From the NCBI GenBank assembly GCA_017601245.1, contig JAFNJB010000014.1, positions 1-53,746 of the forward strand: a stretch of 53,746 nucleotides of DNA. The letters are read 5' to 3'. Position 1 is the first letter of the stretch. The number at the start of each line of letters is the position of its first letter. The translations under genes were made by a program, and so were the position numbers. The DNA is from Candidatus Brockarchaeota archaeon (GTDB lineage Archaea > Thermoproteota > EX4484-205 > JAAOZP01). This document shows positions 27,468 to 36,373 of the stretch, piece by piece. The notes under the pieces are model-generated. The model did not search any database. It saw only the letters and a list, made by a program, of their open reading frames with translations, and had not been told where the DNA came from.

Positions 27468-28127
27468 CTAAAATACGCTTAGAGATAGTACTCTAGCAGC
27501 ATCCGCGGCATCTGCAGCTTTATCCACAACCTCTTCAATAAGATTTGCAACATCTTTGAGCAGGAGGATTGTAGAAATATCTGCCTTTGAAAAAATTATC
27601 TTGATTTCTAGGCTTCTGAAAATACTGTCAACTTCCTTTTCACACGTCTCAACGTTCCTGGCGAAGTCCTGTATCTTTGAAGTTTCAAAGCCCAATGTAA
27701 ATATGGTCTCCCTCATTTTTACAACCGCATCAAGGGCTTTAGCTGTTAGTTCTTTAAAATGGTCTTTTAGATTTTTATCCACTGATTTCTTTTTTAGGAA
27801 AAATTCTCTTAACCTGTAAACTATTCCTTCACAGAGGTCAGGTATTCCAGTTAAAGGTGAAGCCAACCTCAAAAAATCCTCTCTACTAACCATTATTGCA
27901 CCAGCCTCGACGAGTTCGCTTGAAAGATTTCTTTTAGTTTCTATCGACTTATTTTTGAGAGTAATTATGCTATTCAGAGTTTCGTCCAATTTAGAAGTAT
28001 CGTCATCAAAACATGCTGTGACAAGATTATTAACTTCTCTCACCGAGTCTACGGCATACCTCGCAAGCTCTTGACATGTTTGTAGGAGTTGTCTTTTAAG
28101 CCGTAGAGTTGTCTCGGTGGGGTACAT
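27468..28127 (-). CDS. DUF47/PhoU-like helical protein
   Basis: SREDFLRLA, EKEVDSI, IEEVVDKAADAAD pattern. Confidence 0.8.
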   Translation of the reverse strand: MYPTETTLRLKRQLLQTCQELARYAVDSVREVNNLVTACFDDDTSKLDETLNSIITLKNKSIETKRNLSSELVEAGAIMVSREDFLRLASPLTGIPDLCEGIVYRLREFFLKKKSVDKNLKDHFKELTAKALDAVVKMRETIFTLGFETSKIQDFARNVETCEKEVDSIFRSLEIKIIFSKADISTILLLKDVANLIEEVVDKAADAADAARVLSLSVF

Positions 28128-28205
28128 TTCTCAACTATCCTGTTTTAATACTGCTGTTTTTAGTTTTAAGCTTTTCCGGATTAAACCCTATTTTCCTTGA
28201 AACTT

Positions 28206-29702
28206 TTAAACAATGGGTTTAGAAGGTGAAAGAAGCCTAGAAAGCTCTGCTGGAAGACTCGATATGCTTATCCTTTTCTGCTCCTTCGTATCTCTAAATC
28301 TAAGCGTTACAGTATCGTCGGAGAAAGTTTGATGGTCTATAGTTACTGCAAAGGGTATACCTATTTCATCAGCCCTCGCATATCTTCGGCCAATACTTCC
28401 AGAGTCGTCGAAGTTTACTTTGAAATTGTCAAGATAAGCGACAACTTCCTTAGCCTTAGCTATGAATTCAGGCTTAGAAAGCAGTGGGAAAACAGAGACA
28501 TCAAAAGGTGAGAGATATGGCGGTATGGAGAGGTAGGTACGTCCATCCTCATCTATTCTCAACCCGTACTCAAGAAGAGCATATAGGAGCCTTTCTGCAC
28601 CGAAACTAGGCTCAACTACATGAGGCACTACCTTTTTGTTAGTTGAAGATATGAAAACACTCATATCCTCGCCACTGACCCTCATGTGTCCAGAAAGATC
28701 ATAGTCCGTCCTATAGGCGAATCCAGCAACCTCGGTCCATCCCCACGACTCCAAGAAGACTTCGCAGTCAAAAAGCTGCTTGGCATAATGGGCTCTCTCG
28801 TTGGGCAGTTTCTCTCTAAACCTGTAGGCACCATCAGGTATCCAAAGGGCTTCAAGAAAGCCCTTTGTAAGGACAAGGAAGAAGGGTATCCAATTGTTGC
28901 TGAATACGTTTCTCTCAATGGCTTCTCTAACCTTGACTTTACGCGATTCTGTAATGCCCTTTTCCTGGTCTTCAGCAGTTAGTAGGGGGATCGTCTCTTC
29001 TAAGTATCTCTCATCAGATGGTCCGGTATTAGTATCTGGGTCGAAGAAGAACTCGACCTCCATTATTGTAAACTCTCTAAGTCTTATGGGGCCCTGTCTT
29101 GGAGAAATCTCGTTTCTAAAAACCCTCCCCACCTGTGCTACTCCTAAAGGTAGACTTGACCTGCCGTGGACATAAAGCCTCTTGAATTCTGTAAATATTC
29201 CTTGAGCAGTTTCAGGCCTTAAGTATCCCAAGTCACCTACTCCTATTTCCGTCTTGAACATTAAGAGCCATTGAAACGATTTTGAAAGCTTCTCACCGCA
29301 GTTTGGACACTTAACCAACTTACTTTCAATAAGATCATCTATGTATTCGAGCGATGCTCCCTCAGGAATATTAATACCAATTTCATTAAGAAGATGGTCA
29401 GCACGGAAGATGGAACCGCATTTTCCACATTTCAAAGCTTTATCTGTAAACTGAGTCTCATGACCAGAGGCCACATAAACCGGCCTAGGCCCTATTACTG
29501 GCGACTCTATTATTTGAAAATTTCTAGAATAGACAAAGTATTTTATCCAAAGATTTTCAAGCCGCCTCTTTATCTCGAAGCCCACGTTGCCCAATGTTAA
29601 CAGCCCTTTTACTCCTCCGTAGATCTCGTAAGAGGGCCAGAATATTCCTCGGCGCTTCGCCAGCTCCATTAAGATCTCAGATTTCTTCTTCGCTGTCTGC
29701 AA
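28206..29702 (-). CDS. glyS: Glycine--tRNA ligase (homodimeric type)
   Basis: YLRPETAQGIF, FRNEISPR, ERAHYA, VEPSFG, GSIGRRYARADEIG. Confidence 0.97.
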   Translation of the reverse strand: MQTAKKKSEILMELAKRRGIFWPSYEIYGGVKGLLTLGNVGFEIKRRLENLWIKYFVYSRNFQIIESPVIGPRPVYVASGHETQFTDKALKCGKCGSIFRADHLLNEIGINIPEGASLEYIDDLIESKLVKCPNCGEKLSKSFQWLLMFKTEIGVGDLGYLRPETAQGIFTEFKRLYVHGRSSLPLGVAQVGRVFRNEISPRQGPIRLREFTIMEVEFFFDPDTNTGPSDERYLEETIPLLTAEDQEKGITESRKVKVREAIERNVFSNNWIPFFLVLTKGFLEALWIPDGAYRFREKLPNERAHYAKQLFDCEVFLESWGWTEVAGFAYRTDYDLSGHMRVSGEDMSVFISSTNKKVVPHVVEPSFGAERLLYALLEYGLRIDEDGRTYLSIPPYLSPFDVSVFPLLSKPEFIAKAKEVVAYLDNFKVNFDDSGSIGRRYARADEIGIPFAVTIDHQTFSDDTVTLRFRDTKEQKRISISSLPAELSRLLSPSKPIV

Positions 29703-29756
29703 GATGCTTCCCCCCTGTTAAAGAGCATTAACCTAATAAACCTTAGTGTCAAGCAA

Positions 29757-30119
29757 TTATAAAAGTGCCAGATTGCCGGTGATCTTATCCATCAATTCTT
29801 CCGGAGCTGGACCAAGCCCTAAGCATGTTACCGTACCCGGGGGGATCTCTGTAAGACCCATATCGGAAATAAGGCAGGCAGAAACCCCCTCTTTTAGAGC
29901 TATATCTCTTATTTTAAGAAGCTCGTCCAGCGATTTTACCTTCAGGACTATTTTCCTCTGACCCTCCTTAAGCCATTCGTTGAACCACTCTGGCCTAATC
30001 TGACGAGTTTCTTCCGCCGCTGAGACTGCGGCATGTGCGACTTGGGCACAAGTCTTACCCACTGACATTTTCAAATCCTCTCTAACTACTATACATTGCT
30101 TGAACTTGAAACAGCCCAT
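29757..30119 (-). CDS. pth2: Peptidyl-tRNA hydrolase Pth2
   Basis: KQCIVVREDLKMSVGKTCAQVAHA, DMGLTEIPPGTVT. Confidence 0.97.
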   Translation of the reverse strand: MGCFKFKQCIVVREDLKMSVGKTCAQVAHAAVSAAEETRQIRPEWFNEWLKEGQRKIVLKVKSLDELLKIRDIALKEGVSACLISDMGLTEIPPGTVTCLGLGPAPEELMDKITGNLALL

Positions 30120-30210
30120 CTGCCTTCAAAAGTGATGGTAATGGCTTAAACTTTTCAGTGTTTTCTCAGCCGCTAAGCTTATTAATAGCTTGATTTAATT
30201 GGTCCGCAAG

Positions 30211-30372
30211 ATGGTAGTATGTATGTCCTGTAACAGGCCGATAGACCCCTATGAAAAATACGTGAAGTTCACATGCTTTAATTGTGGTGAAGTAACCATA
30301 TGGCGCTGTGAGAAATGTAGAACATTCGCCAGAGAAGTAAAATGTCCAAAATGTGGCTACACCATGCCGTAA
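30211..30372 (+). CDS. Small zinc-finger protein (DUF1610-like)
   Basis: Hand translation MVVCMSCNRPIDPYEKYVKFTCFNCGEVTIWRCEKCRTFAREVKCPKCGYTMP: four CxxC; upstream of EF-1beta as is usual; alternative TTG start 30199. Confidence 0.9.
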   Translation: MVVCMSCNRPIDPYEKYVKFTCFNCGEVTIWRCEKCRTFAREVKCPKCGYTMP

Positions 30373-30528
30373 GAGTAAAGAGGACCATAATTATTTTATT
30401 AAATCACTGGAGTAAGTTTATACTCTTCAGAAAAGCTTTATATAGGATTTTGAAAGATTGATGGTTAAGTTGTTGTACAAAAATATTAAACCGGATGTTT
30501 CAAAAACACTTAACGGAGGCGTTGAATC

Positions 30529-30816
30529 ATGAAACAAATAATATATACTCTGAGAATTTTCCCAGACGAGAATACTACCGATCTAAATGAACTCTTAAAG
30601 AGATTGGAGGAGAACCTGAAAAGCGGTAAGATAATCGCACATCAAGTAACCGAATACTTTTTCGGCATGAAAATACTGTTGGTGAACGTGGAAGCCCCTG
30701 AAGTAGATGGAGTATCTGATAAGATTGAAGAAGAAATTAGAAAAACAGATGGAGTATCTGAGATGGAAATAGTTAACGTAACCAGAAGAGTGGAGGTTTG
30801 GAAAGAGGGTGGTTAG
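30529..30816 (+). CDS. ef1b: Translation elongation factor EF-1beta
   Basis: LRIFPDE..DLNEL, FGMKILLV, IEEEI..DGVSEMEIV; synteny with zinc-finger gene. Confidence 0.85.
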   Translation: MKQIIYTLRIFPDENTTDLNELLKRLEENLKSGKIIAHQVTEYFFGMKILLVNVEAPEVDGVSDKIEEEIRKTDGVSEMEIVNVTRRVEVWKEGG

Positions 30817-31054
30817 GACATCTGAAGACAGTAGGAGGATAATCCCTCTTAGAAATTATATCTTTGACATCCTGGAGAAGAAGAAAAGCCTTACTTTAAC
30901 CGAGCTTTTAAGAAGCTTAGAGAAAGACGTTGGGAAAGTAAGCGTTCTAGAAGTAGAAAGGGAACTTATGGCAATGGAGATAAGGGGTATTCTGAGAGTA
31001 TTCGCTTCAGGCAAAAAGGATCAGAGGCTTGAATTAGTCAACCCTAATGTTTAA
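30809..31054 (+). CDS. Small hypothetical winged-helix protein
   Basis: PLRNYIFDIL..LTLTELL..ELMAMEIRGILRV; coupled to ef1b. Confidence 0.75.
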   Translation: MVRTSEDSRRIIPLRNYIFDILEKKKSLTLTELLRSLEKDVGKVSVLEVERELMAMEIRGILRVFASGKKDQRLELVNPNV

Positions 31055-31101
31055 CAGCTTTCCGAAATTGTTAATAGCTTCCTGGGCACCATATATTTGG
31101 A

Positions 31102-32127
31102 ATGGGTGTTCAGCTGGGGGATATAGTCCCGGCTAAGGAGATAAGGCTTGAAGACCTTGCAAACAAGAGGATCGCTATAGACATGTATAATACGCTTTAC
31201 CAATTCCTTACGATAATAAGAGGAGCCGATGGAAAGCCCTTGATGGATTCTAAAGGCAGGATAACAAGCCACCTTTCAGGAATATTCTACAGGACTTGTA
31301 ACTTTCTTTCTGTGGGTCTCAAGCCCATTTACGTATTTGACGGTGAACCACCTAAGATTAAGAGAGAAGAAGCTGAAAGAAGGAAGATGTTGCGTGAAGA
31401 AGCTTCTAAAAAATACGAAGAAGCTTTAGCAGCAGGGAAGATAGAGGAGGCACGTAAGTATGCCCAGATGTCCGCAACATTAGATGAGTACCTCATTAAA
31501 TCTGCTGAGAAACTTATTACCCTAATGGGAATACCCGTTGTCCATGCTCCTTCAGAAGGAGAAGCCCAAGCTGCATATATGGTTGCTACAGGCGTGGCAG
31601 ATTACGTGGGGAGTCAGGATTTCGATTCTCTTCTCTTTGGTGGTAAGATGCTTGTGAGAAACCTTACGATAACGGGTAGGAGGAAGCTTCCTGGCAAGAA
31701 GGCGTATGTCGAAGTTAATCCGGAAGAAATATCTTTAGAGGAAACATTGAGGACACTGTCAATTACAAGAGAGCAATTGATAGATATTGCTCTACTCGTA
31801 GGCACTGATTATACTGAGGGGATAAAAGGTATAGGTCCAAAGAGAGCATTAGAACTTGTTAAAAGCGGAATGAGTCTAGAAGATATTTTCAAAAAGTATG
31901 GAGAAGATCTATCTAAGATTTCAAGGTACTATGAGGCTAAGGAGTTTTTTCTCCATCCCGACGTAAGAGACTTAGGTGAACTCCACTGGAAGGATATCGA
32001 TGAGGAAGGTGTTATAAGATTTCTACACGACGAACATGATTTCTCCTTAGATAGAATCACTAAAGCCATTGAGGAAGTTAAAAAGAAGAAAAAAACTGCC
32101 GAAGGAGCATTATCTAAGTGGTTTTAG
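31102..32127 (+). CDS. fen: Flap endonuclease 1
   Basis: MGV start, [36 protein letters not shown]-terminal LSKWF PIP-like box. Confidence 0.98.
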   Translation: MGVQLGDIVPAKEIRLEDLANKRIAIDMYNTLYQFLTIIRGADGKPLMDSKGRITSHLSGIFYRTCNFLSVGLKPIYVFDGEPPKIKREEAERRKMLREEASKKYEEALAAGKIEEARKYAQMSATLDEYLIKSAEKLITLMGIPVVHAPSEGEAQAAYMVATGVADYVGSQDFDSLLFGGKMLVRNLTITGRRKLPGKKAYVEVNPEEISLEETLRTLSITREQLIDIALLVGTDYTEGIKGIGPKRALELVKSGMSLEDIFKKYGEDLSKISRYYEAKEFFLHPDVRDLGELHWKDIDEEGVIRFLHDEHDFSLDRITKAIEEVKKKKKTAEGALSKWF

Positions 32128-32813
32128 AAATTGAAGCCATATTCCCCGCGAAGTGGAACAAATATTACCGGCCCCATATTAAAAGTGTTTATCCTTCCCT
32201 TCTCATCCTTCTTAACAAGCAGGAGGTTTTGTTCGAAAAATTCGGATTGAACAGGTATTACCATTCTCCCATTCGGCTTCAATTGTTCTATGAGTGGTTC
32301 AGGGATCCTCGGTGCTGCAGCAGTTACTGAAATGCAGTCATAAGGAGCCTCTTCTCGATATCCTTTAGAACCATCGCCCACTATGACTTTAACGACCTTA
32401 TCTAGCCCGAGCCTAGATAGATTCCTTCTTGCAAATTCTGCAAGCTTAGGATTTATCTCAATCGTGAAAACCAAGGGTTTTGGAGAATCTAGGTTGGGAC
32501 AGGTTAACACGGCAAGAGTAGCTGCATGATAACCGCCTCCAGTACCTACTTCAAGAATTTTTTCGCCTACTTGAACGTTAAGAAGTTCATTCATCATGGC
32601 AACCATGTGGGGAGCCGATACCGTTTGGTTTGTTTCACCTAGAGGCAGTGGAGTATCCTCGTAGGCGTATTTCAACTGATCTGGCCATACGAATTCATGT
32701 CTAGGTATTCTGAGCATAGCGTTCTTAACTTTCTCAGATTTTATAATGCCCTCTTCGACAAGACGTTCCACCAGTCTTTTCCGTTCTTCAAAATAAGGAT
32801 CTAAGATATCCAT
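32124..32813 (-). CDS. pcm: Protein-L-isoaspartate O-methyltransferase
   Basis: [41 protein letters not shown]. Confidence 0.96.
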   Translation of the reverse strand: MDILDPYFEERKRLVERLVEEGIIKSEKVKNAMLRIPRHEFVWPDQLKYAYEDTPLPLGETNQTVSAPHMVAMMNELLNVQVGEKILEVGTGGGYHAATLAVLTCPNLDSPKPLVFTIEINPKLAEFARRNLSRLGLDKVVKVIVGDGSKGYREEAPYDCISVTAAAPRIPEPLIEQLKPNGRMVIPVQSEFFEQNLLLVKKDEKGRINTFNMGPVIFVPLRGEYGFNF

Positions 32814-32875
32814 TCTCTCCCCTTTACCGACAGTATTTCTTAAATCCCTGAAGAATAAAACTATTTTGCCTAAAC

Positions 32876-33298
32876 ATGGGTATGGTTATAGAGAAAGTCC
32901 ACGGAATGGGGCATAGGAATATAAGAGCGACTCATCCAACGACACTAGCTATTACAAGGGATTTGGAAATAGGGAAAACTGGAGATTGTTTCCTCTTGGT
33001 TTCTGCAGATAAGTCTCCTAGAATGCTCTCGGAAGAATTTAAGAATGCTGCCAGAAGGCCTGTCAAGATATTCGTTAAAGTAATTGTTGGAGAACTTATG
33101 GACGAGTTTTATTGCTACGGTGATCCGGCTCTAACATTTAAGGATGATTCTACAATGGTCTTCAGAAAAAGCACGTACATTTGCGACAAGACTGTTGGAA
33201 TTAAAAGCAGTAAGAGCGCTATAGATATAGATCGGAGAATAGTTGAAAAGTTGAAGAAAGGTTTTGAAGCTACTGTAGAGCTTATGGTAAACCTTTAG
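32876..33298 (+). CDS. DUF371-domain protein
   Basis: GHRNIRATHPTTL, GDCF, VFRKSTY. Confidence 0.9.
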   Translation: MGMVIEKVHGMGHRNIRATHPTTLAITRDLEIGKTGDCFLLVSADKSPRMLSEEFKNAARRPVKIFVKVIVGELMDEFYCYGDPALTFKDDSTMVFRKSTYICDKTVGIKSSKSAIDIDRRIVEKLKKGFEATVELMVNL

Positions 33299-33307
33299 AA
33301 TATGATG

Positions 33308-34381
33308 CTATCTTTCACGTTCCCCTCTTATAAACTCCTCAAACTTCCTCTTAGCTTCTTCATACGGCATTTGAACAGGAGGATGTTTAAAACAGTATGC
33401 AGACACACTTATAAGCGGTCCGCTAATGCCTCTATCTAGAGCAACTTTTACACCTCTCAAAGCATCTATTATTACGCCCGCACTGTTCGGCGAATCTATA
33501 ACTGAAAGCTTAAGGTCGATAGATAATGGTGCTCCTCCAAAATACTTGCCTTTAATCCATATGTAGCATATTTTCTCATTTTCTAGAAAGGGAATATAGT
33601 CGCTGGGACCTATTCTCAGAGGCATCTCGTAGGGGGACATTGCTCTTACTGCTGAAGTCTTACTCTCCCTTTTCGAAACAAGCCTCTGCTGTTCCAGCAT
33701 ATTTAAGAAATCCGTATCCCCTCCTATGTTAAGCTGGTAAGACTCTTCAACTTTAACACCCCTGTCGACAAGTAGTTTTATCAAAGTTTTATGTAAAACT
33801 GTCGCACCAAGCTGACTCATAACGTCATCTCCCGCGATAGGCAGTCCCTTTTCCTCGAACTTCTTCTGCCATTCTTCGGATGACGCTATGAAAGTCGGCA
33901 TAGCGTTTATGAATGCTACACCAGCTTCCAAGGCAGATTGAGCGTAGAAACGGCTACCTTTCTCACTGCCAACGGGCAGATAGTTTATAAGGATCTCCGC
34001 GCCAGAGGATTTTAATTCTTCAACAATATCCACGTCCCTATCCTCCGAGAACCTTATTACTTCCCTTAGATACCTTCCCACACCATCTAGGACAGGCCCC
34101 TTCTTCACAGTTACACCTATTTTTGGAACTTCTTGAAACCTTATCGTGTTATTGGGCTTCTCGAATATTGCCTCGCTCAAATCCTTGCCCACTTTCCTAC
34201 GGTCTACGTCAAAGGCGGCTACAAACTCGATATCCCCAGGCTTGTAGCCACCGACATCAGGATGTGCTAAGCCTATTTGCTCATTACTCTCACGATAGTA
34301 ATATACCCCTTGAACTAGGGCAGATGCACAGTTTCCAACACCAGCTATTGCAACCTTTATTTTTCCCAATTCTGATTCCAA
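33308..34381 (-). CDS. ino1: myo-Inositol-1(3)-phosphate synthase
   Basis: GVGNCASALVQG, NYLPVGSE, GDDVMSQLGAT, QLNIGGDTDFLNM, DSPNSAG. Confidence 0.96.
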   Translation of the reverse strand: MESELGKIKVAIAGVGNCASALVQGVYYYRESNEQIGLAHPDVGGYKPGDIEFVAAFDVDRRKVGKDLSEAIFEKPNNTIRFQEVPKIGVTVKKGPVLDGVGRYLREVIRFSEDRDVDIVEELKSSGAEILINYLPVGSEKGSRFYAQSALEAGVAFINAMPTFIASSEEWQKKFEEKGLPIAGDDVMSQLGATVLHKTLIKLLVDRGVKVEESYQLNIGGDTDFLNMLEQQRLVSKRESKTSAVRAMSPYEMPLRIGPSDYIPFLENEKICYIWIKGKYFGGAPLSIDLKLSVIDSPNSAGVIIDALRGVKVALDRGISGPLISVSAYCFKHPPVQMPYEEAKRKFEEFIRGERER

Positions 34382-34429
34382 AGGAATTGTTTTACCCTTA
34401 TAAAATTAACTCTTGGCTTAAAATTGGAT

Positions 34430-34933
34430 CTATTTCAGTTTAAGGCCGCATCTCCTACAATATCTCACTCCCTCAGTAACTGGAGCACCACATCTTGGAC
34501 AGAAACCGATTACTTCACCGACTTTTCCAGACTTTTCCTCCTCTTCAACAACCTCCTCTTTCATACCTTCCTCAACTGTCTCCTCGGGAGATGAAAGGGC
34601 TTCATAATCCTGCTCAACTCCCACTTCGCTTGTTTCCATGGCTTCTCCGACTTCATATGCAGTCTCTATTCTTCCTCGTGGAATCTCCTCGGTAGTTTCA
34701 ACAGGAATCTCTATCCTTCTCTTTTTCGGTCTGATCAGTATTGAGATTATCGCTATTATGAAGCCGAACCAGAAGAGGATCGTTATAAACGATGTGAAGT
34801 TTCCTTCTCCACCTAAGTACCCGATTAACGTATCTTTAATTGCTCCCTTAATACTCTGAAAATATAGGCCTAGCCCCATTAGCAGTACACCGATCGCTAA
34901 GACATTTGACTTATTCAATACCTGAATTAGCAC
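34430..34933 (-). CDS. Membrane protein with acidic linker and C-terminal zinc ribbon
   Basis: Two TMs, Glu-rich region, FCPRCG..YCRRCG. Confidence 0.85.
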   Translation of the reverse strand: MLIQVLNKSNVLAIGVLLMGLGLYFQSIKGAIKDTLIGYLGGEGNFTSFITILFWFGFIIAIISILIRPKKRRIEIPVETTEEIPRGRIETAYEVGEAMETSEVGVEQDYEALSSPEETVEEGMKEEVVEEEEKSGKVGEVIGFCPRCGAPVTEGVRYCRRCGLKLK

Positions 34934-34977
34934 ATGAAAGGTAGTAATTAACTTTTCTATTATCTTTAATTCTCATC

Positions 34978-35379
34978 TTACAGCATTTTAAATTTCCCCA
35001 TTCTAAAAAGGGTTATTACCGTGAGGACTATGCAACCTATGCTAAACATCAATTCTATAGAAGATATTATTCCATGAAAGATTGCAAAGTATAAGGGTGG
35101 CGAGGCTCCGGCAATCCCCATTACCACTCCGGTTAAAAACATGTATCGTACGATCCTCTTTAACATATTTTCTGAAATCAGCCTTATGCCTATGGAGAAT
35201 CCTACTAATGCGCTTGCAACAATCATATTGTATGCTCTACCGCCTGTTGAAATGCCTGTTAAAAAGTAGGCTATCGCAAGGATTATTTCTAAAGATAGAT
35301 TTAGCAATCTTTTACTTAGAGCAACGTTCTCAAGCATTAGTGCTTTCTCAGCGTTTTCTCCCGAGTCCAATACTGGCAC
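34978..35379 (-). CDS. Hypothetical membrane protein
   Basis: About 4 hydrophobic segments; co-oriented with neighbours. Confidence 0.7.
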   Translation of the reverse strand: MPVLDSGENAEKALMLENVALSKRLLNLSLEIILAIAYFLTGISTGGRAYNMIVASALVGFSIGIRLISENMLKRIVRYMFLTGVVMGIAGASPPLYFAIFHGIISSIELMFSIGCIVLTVITLFRMGKFKML

Positions 35380-35406
35380 ATCTCTTTAAGCAGCTTTTTA
35401 AAAAGG

Positions 35407-36354
35407 TTACGTATAAATCTCCACAGAATTACCTACTTCAGATGATTTTAAACTAGCCTCGATTATTTTAAGCGCTCTTACTGCATCTTCTTCTCCGGGA
35501 ATTGGGTTTTCGTTATTAACTATACAGTTCAGGAAATATTTCAACTCATGTCGAAGAGGTTCGCTCCATTCGGAGAAGGGGGTTATCCTATCATTCTTAG
35601 AACTGAGGGTTACCTGCTGTGTAACTAAATCAGCTTCAACTACGCCTTCTGATCCTATTACCTCTAAACGCCTTATCTTGTAGGGGGTTAACCAATTTGC
35701 GTTAATTATAGCCATTTTACCACTGGAGAAAGTTAGTATTATTGTTGCATAGTCCTCATGAATCCTATGCATTGACTTTCCTGTTTTAGCATATACTTTG
35801 ATTGGGTCTTCTGAAAAAAGGTATCTCATCAAGTCTACATCATGAATCGCAGTATCTAAGAGGACTCCTGAGTCAGTTACTCTCTCGGGCCATCTCCTCA
35901 CCCTTGTCGCTGAGGCCATTATTATTTCCCCTAAAGCTTCTTCCTCAATGTACTTCTTAACCATCCTGATGGCAGGGTTAAATCTTTCAATAAAACCCAC
36001 CATTGTTTTAACATTCTTCTTCTTAAGAAAGTTAATTAGCTCTATTGCTTCTTTCACTGTTTGAGTAAAGGGCTTTTCTATGAAGAGGTATCCAACTTTT
36101 TTCAATGCTAGTTCCATTGCAACATCCTTATGCGTTGAAGTAGGTGTCGAAACTATAGCCCCATCATAAGCTCCTTCAGGAATATCAGAGACATTCCCAT
36201 AATACGGAACATTGTAGAGTTTTCCATATGTGCTGGCCCTTTCTTCAACTATGTCGCATACACCGCCTAAGCCTCCGAGTTCTGCAAGAACCCTTACATG
36301 GTTTTTACCGAAGCCGCCTACTCCAACTACTATAATGCTAGGTTTCTCAACCAT
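35407..36354 (-). CDS. Gfo/Idh/MocA-family oxidoreductase
   Basis: GVGGFGKNH, EKPF, GFIERFNP, DTAIHDVD. Confidence 0.93.
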   Translation of the reverse strand: MVEKPSIIVVGVGGFGKNHVRVLAELGGLGGVCDIVEERASTYGKLYNVPYYGNVSDIPEGAYDGAIVSTPTSTHKDVAMELALKKVGYLFIEKPFTQTVKEAIELINFLKKKNVKTMVGFIERFNPAIRMVKKYIEEEALGEIIMASATRVRRWPERVTDSGVLLDTAIHDVDLMRYLFSEDPIKVYAKTGKSMHRIHEDYATIILTFSSGKMAIINANWLTPYKIRRLEVIGSEGVVEADLVTQQVTLSSKNDRITPFSEWSEPLRHELKYFLNCIVNNENPIPGEEDAVRALKIIEASLKSSEVGNSVEIYT

Positions 36355-36373
36355 TTAACAACAATTATTGATG

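Noticed and set aside
30706-30761. 15-bp direct repeat AGATGGAGTATCTGA in ef1b
   Set aside because: Encodes DGVS twice within an intact gene; not a mobile or regulatory repeat
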